A DNA stretch of 64,000 nt from an uncultured Acidobacteriota bacterium (GCA_963813585.1 CAWEZL010000001.1:504487-568486), one strand, 5' to 3'; shown: positions 52,458-62,550, numbered from the stretch's first letter. Program-made: numbers and translations. Notes: a model not told the origin generated them from the sequence alone.

Positions 52458-53198
52458 CTACCTGACGTGCCTTCCCCCATCCACCCGGATCGTCTCGCCC
52501 GTGATGAAGTCGCTGTCGATCAGGGCGAGGACCGTCTTCGCGATCTCGTCCGCGCCCCCCCAGCGGCCGAGAGGCGTCGCCTGTTCGACCGCCTTCGATT
52601 CCTCGTCCTCGAGATCGGGCGGCGGCAGGATCGGGCCGGGGGCGATCGCGTTGACGAGGATCTGGTCCGGGGCCAGCTCCAGCGCCAGCGCCTCGGCCAG
52701 GCCGCTGACGGCCTTCTTGGCGACGTAGTAGTGCAGGAATCCGGTGTAGCGCGGGCGCTCGCTTGCCGCGAGCCAGTCGGAGACCACGACGATCCGCCCG
52801 CCGCCCGCCTCCCGCATGAGCGGCGCTGCCGCGAGGGCGCACGAGAAGGCCGACGTGACCTCGACGTCGAAGCTGTGTTGGAGGTCGGAGGCCGCGAGGC
52901 GCTCGAAGGGGATGCGGGCGTAGACCGACGCCATGCTCACGAGGATGTCCAGTCGACCGAGGTCCGACGCCGCCGCGGCGACCAGTTCGCGGCAGGCGGC
53001 CGGGTCGGCGAGGTCGGCCTGGCGGACGAAGGCGCGGCGTCCCGCCGCGCGCACCCCGGCGGAGGTCGCCTCGGCCTCGTCGCGCGACCGGTTGTAGCTG
53101 AGCGCGATGTCCGCGCCGGCCCGCGCCAGCGCCAGCGCCACAACCGCGCCCACCCGCCGTCCGCCCGTGACGAGCGCCACCTTGCCGTGTGCGTCCAT
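52458..53198 (-). CDS. SDR-family short-chain dehydrogenase/reductase
   Basis: 246 aa with a TGGxxxxG-like motif (VALVTGGRRVGAV) and YxxxK (YYVAKKA). Confidence 0.85.
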   Translation of the reverse strand: MDAHGKVALVTGGRRVGAVVALALARAGADIALSYNRSRDEAEATSAGVRAAGRRAFVRQADLADPAACRELVAAAASDLGRLDILVSMASVYARIPFERLAASDLQHSFDVEVTSAFSCALAAAPLMREAGGGRIVVVSDWLAASERPRYTGFLHYYVAKKAVSGLAEALALELAPDQILVNAIAPGPILPPPDLEDEESKAVEQATPLGRWGGADEIAKTVLALIDSDFITGETIRVDGGRHVR

Positions 53199-53203
53199 GG
53201 AGG

Positions 53204-53209
53204 TATTAT
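53204..53209 (+). promoter_or_regulatory. -10-like TATTAT 6 nt upstream of the ATG at 53216 (leaderless arrangement)
   Basis: ggTATTATccccccATG read directly, with no SD. Confidence 0.3.
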
Positions 53210-53215
53210 CCCCCC

Positions 53216-54520
53216 ATGACGACGCGACGCACCTTCCTCAACCGGCTCACCCGCGGAACGATCGCGGCCGGCACTGGCCTCCTCGCCTTCACGGACGACT
53301 CGCTGGCGCGCCTCGCCGCCGCGTCGCAGTCGGTCGCCGGGCGCACGCCGGGCGAGATCGCTGCCGACGAGAGCTACTGGCGCGAGATCCAGCAGGCGTT
53401 CACCCTCGACCGCACCCTGATCAACCTCAACAACGGCGGCTGCTGCCCGAGCCCGCGCGTCGTTCACGAGGCGTTCAAGCGCTACTTGGACATCTCGAAC
53501 CAGGCGCCCGTCTACCACATGTGGCAGGTGCTCGAGCCGAACATCGAGACCGTGCGCCGGCGGCTGGCGGCCGACTTCGGGTGCGACCGCGAGGAGATCG
53601 CGATCACGCGGAACGCGAGCGAGGCGCTGCAGATCGTCCAGCTCGGCCTCGACCTGAAGGCGGGCGACGAGGTGGTGACCACCAATCAGGACTACCCCCG
53701 GATGCTCGATACGTGGGAGCAGCGTGTCCGCCGCGACGGCATCGTCCTGCGGAAGGTGTCAATCCCGGTGCCGGCCGCGGACATGGCGGGGTTGGTCCGC
53801 CCGATCGAGGCGGCCATCACGCCGCGCACGAAGGTGCTGCACTTCTGCCACGTGGTCAACCTGACGGGGCAGATCATGCCGGTCCGCGAGCTGACGAGGA
53901 TCGCGCGCGCCCGCGGCATCCTCACCATCGTGGACGGCGCCCACGCCTTCCAGCACTTCCCGTTTGGCGGGCGCGATCTCGACTGCGACTTCTACGGCTG
54001 CAGCCTGCACAAGTGGACGCTGGCGCCGATCGGCACCGGGTTCCTCCACGTGCGGCGCGAGCGGATCGCGTCGGTCTGGCCGCTCACCCCGTGCAGCGCG
54101 ACGCTGGCGGCCGACATCCGCAAGTTCGAGGAGATCGGCACTCACCCGGCGGCGAACCACAACGCGATCGCGGAGGCGCTCGCGTTCCAGCACGGGATCG
54201 GCCTCGAGCGAAAGGCGGCGCGCCTGCGCTACCTGCGCGACCGCTGGGCGCTGCGCCTGCGGGAGCAGCCCCGCATCCGGCTGAACACGAACCTGTCGCC
54301 CGAGCACTCGTGCGGCCTGGCCAACGTTGGCATCGAGGGGATTGACCCGGGCGCGCTGGCGTCGCACCTCTGGGCGACATACCGGATGATCGTCACGCCG
54401 ATCAAGCACGCCGAGTTCGAGGGGCTCCGCATCACGCCGAACGTGTACACGACGCTCGACGAGGTGGACACCTTCGCAGAGGCGATGGAGGAAGTGCTGA
54501 GGAAGGGGATCCCCGGCTAG
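53216..54520 (+). CDS. class V-fold PLP-dependent aminotransferase/epimerase-like enzyme with twin-arginine (Tat) signal
   Basis: Start moved to MTTRRTFLNRLTRGTIAAGTGLLAF (T-R-R-x-F-L). The class V body has AITRNASEAL and CSLHKW (PLP lysine). Confidence 0.8.
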   Translation: MTTRRTFLNRLTRGTIAAGTGLLAFTDDSLARLAAASQSVAGRTPGEIAADESYWREIQQAFTLDRTLINLNNGGCCPSPRVVHEAFKRYLDISNQAPVYHMWQVLEPNIETVRRRLAADFGCDREEIAITRNASEALQIVQLGLDLKAGDEVVTTNQDYPRMLDTWEQRVRRDGIVLRKVSIPVPAADMAGLVRPIEAAITPRTKVLHFCHVVNLTGQIMPVRELTRIARARGILTIVDGAHAFQHFPFGGRDLDCDFYGCSLHKWTLAPIGTGFLHVRRERIASVWPLTPCSATLAADIRKFEEIGTHPAANHNAIAEALAFQHGIGLERKAARLRYLRDRWALRLREQPRIRLNTNLSPEHSCGLANVGIEGIDPGALASHLWATYRMIVTPIKHAEFEGLRITPNVYTTLDEVDTFAEAMEEVLRKGIPG

Positions 54521-54531
54521 ATCGTGCTGGT

Positions 54532-55879
<1,348 letters not shown>

Positions 55880-55887
55880 ACAGTGCG

Positions 55888-55930
55888 GAAATGGGGCCTG
55901 GCCCCTTTTCTCACGTCAGTCTCAACAAGG
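55888..55930. repeat. REP-A element copy 3 (GAAATGGGGCCTGGCCCCTTTTC + TCACGTCAGTCTCAACAAGG)
   Basis: Read directly. It ends 8 nt upstream (minus sense) of the response-regulator ATG at 55879, and it shares the A-to-T stem change with copy 4. Confidence 0.9.
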
Positions 55931-55984
55931 ATCACGGAACAGGCCGGAATCCGCACTCCGCCCTGCCGAAACGTGCCGTCGCCG

Positions 55985-56027
55985 GAAATGGGGCCTGGCC
56001 CCTTTTCTCACGTCAGTCTCAATTACG
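55985..56027. repeat. REP-A element copy 4 (GAAATGGGGCCTGGCCCCTTTTC + TCACGTCAGTCTCAATTACG)
   Basis: Read directly. The histidine-kinase stop codon TAA (56025-56023, minus) lies inside the conserved tail. Confidence 0.9.
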
Positions 56028-57522
56028 AAACGGTCACCGGGGCCGGCGGCAGGACCAGCGTGAAGGTGGACCCCACCCCCACCTCGCTCTTCACGGTCAC
56101 GGTCCCCCCGTGCGCCGCCAGCACCTCGCGGGCGATGCTCAGGCCCAGCCCCGAGCCGCGCCCCGCCTCCTTGGTCGTCACCCACGGGTCGAAGATGCGC
56201 GGCAGGAGGTCGGGCGCGATCCCCGTCCCGGTGTCCCCCACTTCGATCCGCACCCCCTCCGGGCCCACCGACAGGGCGATCGTCAGCACGCCCCCGGACG
56301 GCATCGCGTCGAGGCCGTTGCTCAGGAGGTTCAGCACGGCCAGCTCGAGCTGCACCGGGTCGGCCAGCACGGGCGGCACCTCCGCCACGGCGAGGTCGAG
56401 GCGCACACCCATCGCGGTCAACTTCGGCCGCGCGACGTCGCACACGCGCTGGACCAGCGCCGCCAGGTCGGCGGGCTCGCGGGGCGTCGGCCGCCTCGCG
56501 TGATCGAGCATGGTCCGAACGACGGAGGTGACCTTGGCGATCTGCTCCTGCACGATCTCGAGGCGCCGCGTGACCCGGGCGTCGGGCCCGTACTCCTCGC
56601 GGATCACCTGCACGTAGCCCGAGATGAGGTTTAGCGGCGTCCCGATCTGGTGCGCCACGCTCGCCGCCATGTGGCCCACCGCCGCCATCTGCTCGGCGCG
56701 CCCCAACGCCTCGCGCAGCGACAGCACGCGCTCGTAGCTGCGCACCAGCTCGTCGTTGCGGGCGCGCAGCTCGCTCGTCGCCTCGCGCACCTGCTCCTGC
56801 AGGGCGACGTTGAAGTTCTCCATCTGCGCGAGCATCCCGTTCAGGCCGGTGGCGACGGCGCCGATCTCGTCGTTGCGCAGCACCGGCGCCCGGGCCCCCA
56901 GCTCGCCGGCCGCCACGCGCTGCATCGTCCGACGGATGCCGCCGATCGGCCGGTGGATCAGCCGGCGCGTGAGCAGGTCCACCAGCAGCGCGAGCACGAC
57001 GATCGCCGCCGGCACGAACCATCCGAGGACGATCCGCCCCTCGCGCTTCAGCTGCTCCACCGTGTCCTTCGAGTAGGTGACCACCACCGCGCCGAACAGC
57101 CGCTCCTCGCGCCGGGCGGGCACGGCCACCAGCTTCAGCGCCCGGAACGACGAGTACACCGTGTCGTCGCGCCGCATCGCCGCCTGCGCCAGGCCCAGGA
57201 CCTCTGGCCGCTCCTGCGCCGCCGTGCTCACGAGGACCGCCGGCTCGCCGTCGGTGATGCGAACCACGGAGATGGCGCGCAGCGACGGCACCGCCTCGTA
57301 GAACTCGCGCAGGCTCTCGGCCAGCGCCCCGTGGCTGAGCGGCTCGGGGCGCACCTCCACGTCGTCGGCCACCGCGACGGCGATCTTGATCGCGGTGTCC
57401 TCGAGGCCCGCGCTGATCTCGGACTCGAAGACGCGCATCTGCAGGTAGCTGCTGGCCCCGACAACGAGGGCGACGACGAGGGTGACGAGCAGCGCGAGGC
57501 GGACGCGCAGCGGCTCCAGCAT
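56023..57522 (-). CDS. sensor histidine kinase (TM - periplasmic-like region - TM - HAMP - HisKA - HATPase)
   Basis: Start moved to the ATG at 57522 (MLEPLRVRLALLVTLVVALVV). HAMP is IHRPIGGIRRTMQRVAAGELG, the H-box is AASVAHQIGTPLN, and the G-boxes are GDTGTGI and GSGLGLS. Confidence 0.85.
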   Translation of the reverse strand: MLEPLRVRLALLVTLVVALVVGASSYLQMRVFESEISAGLEDTAIKIAVAVADDVEVRPEPLSHGALAESLREFYEAVPSLRAISVVRITDGEPAVLVSTAAQERPEVLGLAQAAMRRDDTVYSSFRALKLVAVPARREERLFGAVVVTYSKDTVEQLKREGRIVLGWFVPAAIVVLALLVDLLTRRLIHRPIGGIRRTMQRVAAGELGARAPVLRNDEIGAVATGLNGMLAQMENFNVALQEQVREATSELRARNDELVRSYERVLSLREALGRAEQMAAVGHMAASVAHQIGTPLNLISGYVQVIREEYGPDARVTRRLEIVQEQIAKVTSVVRTMLDHARRPTPREPADLAALVQRVCDVARPKLTAMGVRLDLAVAEVPPVLADPVQLELAVLNLLSNGLDAMPSGGVLTIALSVGPEGVRIEVGDTGTGIAPDLLPRIFDPWVTTKEAGRGSGLGLSIAREVLAAHGGTVTVKSEVGVGSTFTLVLPPAPVTVS

Positions 57523-57599
57523 CCGGCCGATGCGGCGGCGCGGCGGGGGCGGAAGTGGCGGCGGGGCTGGCTCGGGGCTCAAGGCTCGGGGCTCGCGCT

Positions 57600-57983
57600 C
57601 TACAGCCCGGCGGCCGACGAGGCGCGCTCGGCGTCGGGCACGCCGACGACGACGCTGGCCATCGTCTGTCCCTCCAGGGCGGTTGCGTAGAGGTACTCGA
57701 CGTTGATGCCCGCGTCCGCGATGAGCTGCGTGATCCGGAGCAGGGCACCCGGGTCGTTCGAGGTCGCGGTGTAGATGACGTCGCGCTCCTCGACCTGGTA
57801 GTGCTGCTCGCGGAGGATGGCGGCGGCGTGGACGGGGTTGTCGACGACCAGGCGCACGACGAGGGGGCTCGCCAGGTTCATCGCCACGATGTTGATCCGC
57901 TCGTTGGCGATCACCTGGCAGACCCGGGCGAGCATACCCGGGCTGTTCTGCAGCCGGAGCGTCAGTTCGGTGCGTATGGCCAT
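57600..57983 (-). CDS. ACT-domain protein
   Basis: Start moved to the ATG at 57983 (MAIRTELTLRLQNSPGMLARVCQVIANERINI). 127 aa with a two-ACT-like arrangement. Confidence 0.65.
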   Translation of the reverse strand: MAIRTELTLRLQNSPGMLARVCQVIANERINIVAMNLASPLVVRLVVDNPVHAAAILREQHYQVEERDVIYTATSNDPGALLRITQLIADAGINVEYLYATALEGQTMASVVVGVPDAERASSAAGL

Positions 57984-58050
57984 GGGGGGAGGATACTGCA
58001 AGGGGGAAGGCGGAAGGAAGGGATCGGGGATCAGGGGAGAACGGAAACGG

Positions 58051-58095
58051 AACAGAAAGAGGCCGACGCCAGGATCCCATGTTCCGGCGTCGGCC
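58051..58095 (-). terminator. intrinsic-terminator-like hairpin downstream of the OmpA-family gene
   Basis: 10-bp stem GGCCGACGCC (58061-58070) / GGCGTCGGCC (58086-58095). On the minus-strand RNA it is followed by UCUUUCUGUU. Confidence 0.5.
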
Positions 58096-58214
58096 CTTCC
58101 TGCGATGCGGCAGCCGCTCCTCAGCACCGGGCGCGTTATTCCGTCCGCACCGCAGACCCGACGGAGAACGTCCTGCGGTTCCCGTTCTCCGTTTCCCGTG
58201 ACAGCGTCAGTTCC

Positions 58215-58880
58215 CTACACCAGGACCTTGATCACTACCCGGCGGTTCTTCGCGCGGCCCGCCCGGGTGTTGTTCGGCGCGATCGCGTTCTCCGACCCAT
58301 AGCTGATCACGTTGATCCGGTGCAGCGGGATCTGGTGCTGCGAGTAGAGGTACCGCTTCACCGACTCGGCCCGCTGGAGGCCCAGCTCCTGGTTGTACCC
58401 CTTCGAGCCGACGTTGTCGGTGTAGCCCTCGACCTCGATGAACGCGCCGTTCGGGTTCGACTTCAGCTGCGACGCCACCTCGTCGAGGCGGGCCTTCGCC
58501 TCGTCGGGCAGCAGCGCCTGGCCGAACTTGAAGTTGCCCTGGTCCTCGCTCAGGGTTACCTCGTAGACGATCCGCTTGACCGACTTCTCGACCGCCTCGG
58601 CCTTGTTGGCCGCGGTGTCGGCTGCCGTCCGCGCCTCGCCCGCCGCCGTGTTGGCGGCCGCCGCGCGCTGATCCACCTGCTGGATCTTCTGCTCGGCCTC
58701 GCCGATGCGCGCCTCGTTCTTCTTCGTCCGCTCCTGGGTCTCTTCCAGGGAGCGCGACACCGTCTCCACCTTGTCGTTGACCTCGCCCACGCGGTCGCGG
58801 ACGAATCCCTTCGTCGCGCACGCCGTGGATCCCATTGCCGCGATCGACGCCACCGACATGGCCAGCACGAACTTCCTCAT
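58215..58880 (-). CDS. OmpA-family (peptidoglycan-associated) probable lipoprotein with coiled-coil N-region
   Basis: 221 aa with signal MRKFVLAMSVASIAAMGSTAC. The C-terminal OmpA-like domain is VEGYTDNVGSKGYNQELGLQRAESV...NRRVVIKV. Confidence 0.85.
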   Translation of the reverse strand: MRKFVLAMSVASIAAMGSTACATKGFVRDRVGEVNDKVETVSRSLEETQERTKKNEARIGEAEQKIQQVDQRAAAANTAAGEARTAADTAANKAEAVEKSVKRIVYEVTLSEDQGNFKFGQALLPDEAKARLDEVASQLKSNPNGAFIEVEGYTDNVGSKGYNQELGLQRAESVKRYLYSQHQIPLHRINVISYGSENAIAPNNTRAGRAKNRRVVIKVLV

Positions 58881-58917
58881 GATCGAACGCCTCCTCGTAA
58901 CTCGATGAACGACTGAA

Positions 58918-59901
58918 CTAGTCCTGAGCCTGTCCGGCCATGTACCCGCTGCGCGCCCTGACGATCAGGTTGTCCTTCCGGGTGCGCACCTCCAGCGGGT
59001 GCCAGCCCGGCCGGCTGCCCGGCTCGAACGCGATCAGGTACTGATGGCGGAGTTCGTTGACGATTTCGCGAGTGGCCGCACTGGTGTGGCCCGCGCCGCT
59101 GCTGACGTACAGCTCGCCGCCGGTCCACCGCGCCAGGTCCGCCAGGTCGCCGACCGGCACCGGGCGCTCGGTCCGCACCGCGGTGGCCGCACCCGCGTGA
59201 TCGAGCGGGGACACCACCGCGACGATATACACGGGGACGTCGATGGAGCTGGCGATCCCCGACACCTCGGCTGGCGTCAAGCGGCTGCCGTTGTCCACGC
59301 CGTCGGTCAGCACGATGACCGCGCGGTGGATGTTCGCGCGCTCGGCCACCACCCGGGAGGTGGCCGCCACCGCGTCGTGCAGCGACGTCATGCCGAAGGG
59401 CACCACCCGCGCGAGCGACGCGTGCAGCTCGGCGAGCTCGTCGGCCGTCGCGAACGGCCGAAGTTCGTAGAGGCCCGTATCGAACGAGAAAATGCCCACC
59501 TCGTCGCGCCCCGGATCGAGCCACGCGAACAGGTATTGCGCAGCCGACCGGGCCTGGTCGATCTTGTCGGCGACCTGCATGCTCCCGCTGCCGTCCACCA
59601 GGACGGCGATGCTGATCGGAGCCTCGTCCGGACGAAAATCCCTTATCGTCCGGGGTATCCCGCTGTCGAGCAACTCGAAGTCCGAGCGCCGCAGGTTCTT
59701 CACGATGCGGCCTTTCCGATCCCGGACGACGGCGCTGACCGTCACCATGTCGATGCCGCTCCGGAAGGTCACCCCCGCGGGCGGAGCCACTTCCGTTTGC
59801 GCCGCAGCGGGCACCGCGGCACCGAGCAGCATGACGCCGAACAAGACGCGCACGACGGCAAACATCCTGGCCCTTCCAGAGGCAACTCGCTTGCCATTCA
59901 T
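58918..59901 (-). CDS. VWA-domain protein of the acidobacterial VWFA-related type
   Basis: The start is ATG 59901 or 59865, with signal ...LLGAAVPAAAQ. The MIDAS motif is VLVDGSGSM. The architecture matches the family I recall as TIGR03436. Confidence 0.8.
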   Translation of the reverse strand: MNGKRVASGRARMFAVVRVLFGVMLLGAAVPAAAQTEVAPPAGVTFRSGIDMVTVSAVVRDRKGRIVKNLRRSDFELLDSGIPRTIRDFRPDEAPISIAVLVDGSGSMQVADKIDQARSAAQYLFAWLDPGRDEVGIFSFDTGLYELRPFATADELAELHASLARVVPFGMTSLHDAVAATSRVVAERANIHRAVIVLTDGVDNGSRLTPAEVSGIASSIDVPVYIVAVVSPLDHAGAATAVRTERPVPVGDLADLARWTGGELYVSSGAGHTSAATREIVNELRHQYLIAFEPGSRPGWHPLEVRTRKDNLIVRARSGYMAGQAQD

Positions 59902-60135
59902 GCAAGTGCTTATCGGGCAATTAGTTACCTTTGAGCAGCGGAAACACATCCCCGTAACGGATGAGGTTGTGTCGTGTAGAAATTACACGAAATGAGCGAA
60001 AAAGGGAAAAACTCCGTGTAAAGACTGCTCGGGCAGGACGAATTGCTGAGGAAACAGAGGGCTGCCGCCATCCGCGAGCCCCGGGCCGCCAGCCGCAGGC
60101 CCGGGCCCGCTAGCCGCACGGCACACGCCGCGCGC

Positions 60136-60240
60136 CGCAAGTCGCACGCCGCAAGCCGCAGGTCGCAAGCCGCAGGTCGCAAGCCGCAGGTCGCAAGCCG
60201 CAGGTCGCAAGCCGCAGGTCGCAAGCCGCAAGTCGCAAGC
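60136..60240. repeat. tandem array of 7-nt units CGCAAGC/CGCAGGT (15 heptamers; 14-mer CGCAAGCCGCAGGT x5 perfect at 60150-60219)
   Basis: I counted it unit by unit. It has no spacers and lies in the divergent intergenic region between the VWA gene and the DUF5658 gene. Confidence 0.95.
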
Positions 60241-60248
60241 CTACCGTG

Positions 60249-60263
60249 TGGCACAAGTGTTGT
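60249..60263 (+). promoter_or_regulatory. sigma-54-type promoter-like sequence TGGCAC-N5-TTGT
   Basis: tggcacaagtgttgt read directly, 61 nt upstream of the ATG at 60324. The spacing is canonical, but the -12 GC is GT. Confidence 0.3.
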
Positions 60264-60323
60264 TTATTCAATGGCTTGGAGTGACGGTTTGACGGCTAAA
60301 GTCAGCTGACAGGTAGACCTAAG

Positions 60324-60656
60324 ATGCTGTCACGTTGGATATTCAACCGTTCCAGGGCCTCCGGCTTCGGGGACCTCGCCGTGATCGCCTTCCTCGTCGT
60401 CCAGGCGCTCGACGGCGTGCTCACCTACATCGGCCTCGTCAGCCTCGGCTCGCACATGGAGGGCAACCCGGTCGTGGCCTCGCTGATGGTGACCTTCGGC
60501 ATGGGGCCGGGGCTCACCGGGGCCAAGCTCGTCGCGGCCACCCTCGGGATCGGGCTGCACCTCACCGGCGTCCACCGCCTCGTCGCGGTGCTGACGGCGA
60601 TCTACCTCGCGGCCGCGGTCCTCCCCTGGACGGCGCTGCTGCTGCTCGCGACGTAG
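60324..60656 (+). CDS. DUF5658-family small membrane protein
   Basis: 110 aa with 3-4 TM segments and a conserved D..LT...L.....E.NP pattern (ALDGVLTYIGLVSLGSHMEGNPV). Confidence 0.6.
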   Translation: MLSRWIFNRSRASGFGDLAVIAFLVVQALDGVLTYIGLVSLGSHMEGNPVVASLMVTFGMGPGLTGAKLVAATLGIGLHLTGVHRLVAVLTAIYLAAAVLPWTALLLLAT

Positions 60657-60657
60657 T

Positions 60658-60733
60658 CAATTCCAATTCCGATTCCAATCCCGATCCGAATCGACGAATC
60701 CCAATCCCAATCCCGAATCCCAATCCCAATCCT
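60658..60733. repeat. AATCCC/AATTCC hexamer-type C-tract repeat (reverse orientation of the GGGATT family)
   Basis: The sequence caattccaattccgattccaatcccgatccgaatcgacgaatcccaatcccaatcccgaatcccaatcccaatcc was read directly. It lies between the DUF5658 gene and the acsA-like gene. Confidence 0.9.
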
Positions 60734-60832
60734 CGTCTAAGACGCCGCGGTAACCGAGGCGGGGCGACCGTGCCCGTGCTATCCTCTGCCCCACTTATCC
60801 ACCCGCTTCGTCGCTGCATCGGAGGAGTTTCT

Positions 60833-62548
60833 ATGACCTCTGCGGCCGTCGGCGGCGTCGATTACCTGCGCCTGCGTTCCGAACTCTCCTGGGACGTCGC
60901 GAAGAAGGAGCTGGGCTACACCGAGAGCTCGCCCCTCAACATCGCCACCATCTGCGTGGACCGCCACGCGGCCGGCGCCCGGGCCGGCACGCTCGCCTTG
61001 ATCCACGAGAACCACGAGGGCCAGTTCCGCCACTTCACCTACCGCGACCTGATGCAGCTCACCAACGGGTGGGCGGCGTTCCTGCGCGGCCTCGGCCTCC
61101 GCGACCTCGACCGGGTCTGCCTCTTCCTCGACCGCATCCCCGAGCTGTACATCGGTTTCATGAGCATCCTGAAGATCGGCGCCGTGGTCGAGCCGCTCTT
61201 CTCGGCCTTCGGCGAGGACGCCCTCTGCGCCCGGATGGAGGACAGCGGGGCGACGGCGATCATCACGCAGAAGAAGCACCTCGGGAAGGCCCGGCGCGCG
61301 AAGGAGCGCCTCCCCGCGCTCAAGACGATCATCGTCGTCGACCACGAGGCGGACGGCCGCCCGCTGCGCGAGGGCGAGGTGTCGTTCCGGATGATGGACC
61401 ACCGCCTCGACGAGTTCCCGGTGTTCCGCACCTACGCGGAGACCCCCTCGGTGCTGCACTACACGAGCGGCACGACGGGCAAGCCCAAGGGCGCGCTGCA
61501 CGTGCACTCGAGCATCTTCGCCCAGTACCTGACCACGAAGGTCGTCCTCGACGTGCGCGACGATGACGTCTACTGGTGCACCGCCGACCCGGGGTGGGTG
61601 ACCGGCACGAGCTACGGCATCATCGGCCCGTGGGCGCTCGGGGCGACGCAGGTGGTCGTGGACGCCGGCTTCTCGAGCGGCCGCTGGTACGAGACGATCG
61701 AGAAGCACCGCGTGACGGTCTGGTACACGGCGCCGACCGCCATCCGGATGCTGATGAAGGACGGCCTCGAGCCGGTGCGCAAGCGCGACCTCTCCAGCCT
61801 GCGCCACATGGCCAGCGTCGGCGAGCCGCTGAACCCCGAGGCCGTGCGGTGGGGCCGCGAGGCGTTCGGCCTCGACTTCCACGACACCTTCTGGCAGACC
61901 GAGACCGGGGCGATCGTCATCACCAACCTCCCCGGCATGCCGGTAAAGCCGGGCAGCATGGGCCGCCCCTTCCCGGCGCTCGAGGCGGCGATCATCGACC
62001 CGCGGACGGGCCAGCCGATCACCGAGCCGGGGCGCGTCGGCCTGATCGCGGTGCGGCCCCCCTGGCCGAGCATGATGCGGACCTACTGGAACAACACCGC
62101 GACCTACCACAGGAAGTTCGTGAACGGCTGGTACATCTGCGGCGACGAGGCCAGTCTCGACGCCGACGGCTACTTCTGGTTCTGCGGGCGAGACGACGAC
62201 GTGATCAACACGGCGGGGCACCTGGTGGGGCCCTTCGAGATCGAGAGCGCGCTCCTCGAGCACGAGGCGGTGGCCGAGTCGGCGGCCATCGGCAAGCCCG
62301 ACCCCGTGAACATGGAGGTCGTGAAGGTCTTCGTGGCGCTGCGCCCCGGCTACGAGCCGAGCCCGGACCTCGAGCTCAGCATCATGAACTTCGTGCGGCG
62401 CAAGCTGTCGCCGCTGGCGATGCCGCAGGAGATCACCTTCGTGGACAGGATCCCGAAGACGCGCAGCGGCAAGATCCTGAGGCGGGTGCTGAAGGCGCAG
62501 GAGCTGGGCCAGCCAATCGGCGACATCAGCACGATGGAGAACGACTAG
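60833..62548 (+). CDS. acsA: AMP-forming acetyl/acyl-CoA synthetase (short AcsA type)
   Basis: Start moved to the ATG at 60833, after SD GGAGGAG. 571 aa. The AMP-binding motif is YTSGTTGKPKG, and the C-terminal motif is IPKTRSGKILRR. Confidence 0.85.
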   Translation: MTSAAVGGVDYLRLRSELSWDVAKKELGYTESSPLNIATICVDRHAAGARAGTLALIHENHEGQFRHFTYRDLMQLTNGWAAFLRGLGLRDLDRVCLFLDRIPELYIGFMSILKIGAVVEPLFSAFGEDALCARMEDSGATAIITQKKHLGKARRAKERLPALKTIIVVDHEADGRPLREGEVSFRMMDHRLDEFPVFRTYAETPSVLHYTSGTTGKPKGALHVHSSIFAQYLTTKVVLDVRDDDVYWCTADPGWVTGTSYGIIGPWALGATQVVVDAGFSSGRWYETIEKHRVTVWYTAPTAIRMLMKDGLEPVRKRDLSSLRHMASVGEPLNPEAVRWGREAFGLDFHDTFWQTETGAIVITNLPGMPVKPGSMGRPFPALEAAIIDPRTGQPITEPGRVGLIAVRPPWPSMMRTYWNNTATYHRKFVNGWYICGDEASLDADGYFWFCGRDDDVINTAGHLVGPFEIESALLEHEAVAESAAIGKPDPVNMEVVKVFVALRPGYEPSPDLELSIMNFVRRKLSPLAMPQEITFVDRIPKTRSGKILRRVLKAQELGQPIGDISTMEND

Positions 62549-62550
62549 GA

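Noticed and set aside
60136-60240. Possible CRISPR array or coding repeat (the track ORF 60043-60309 translates it as SRRSQAAGRKPQVA repeats).
   Set aside because: The units are contiguous 7/14-nt repeats with no spacers, and no cas genes are nearby. The 14-nt period is not a multiple of three and the ORF has no start context. I treat it as a non-coding tandem array.
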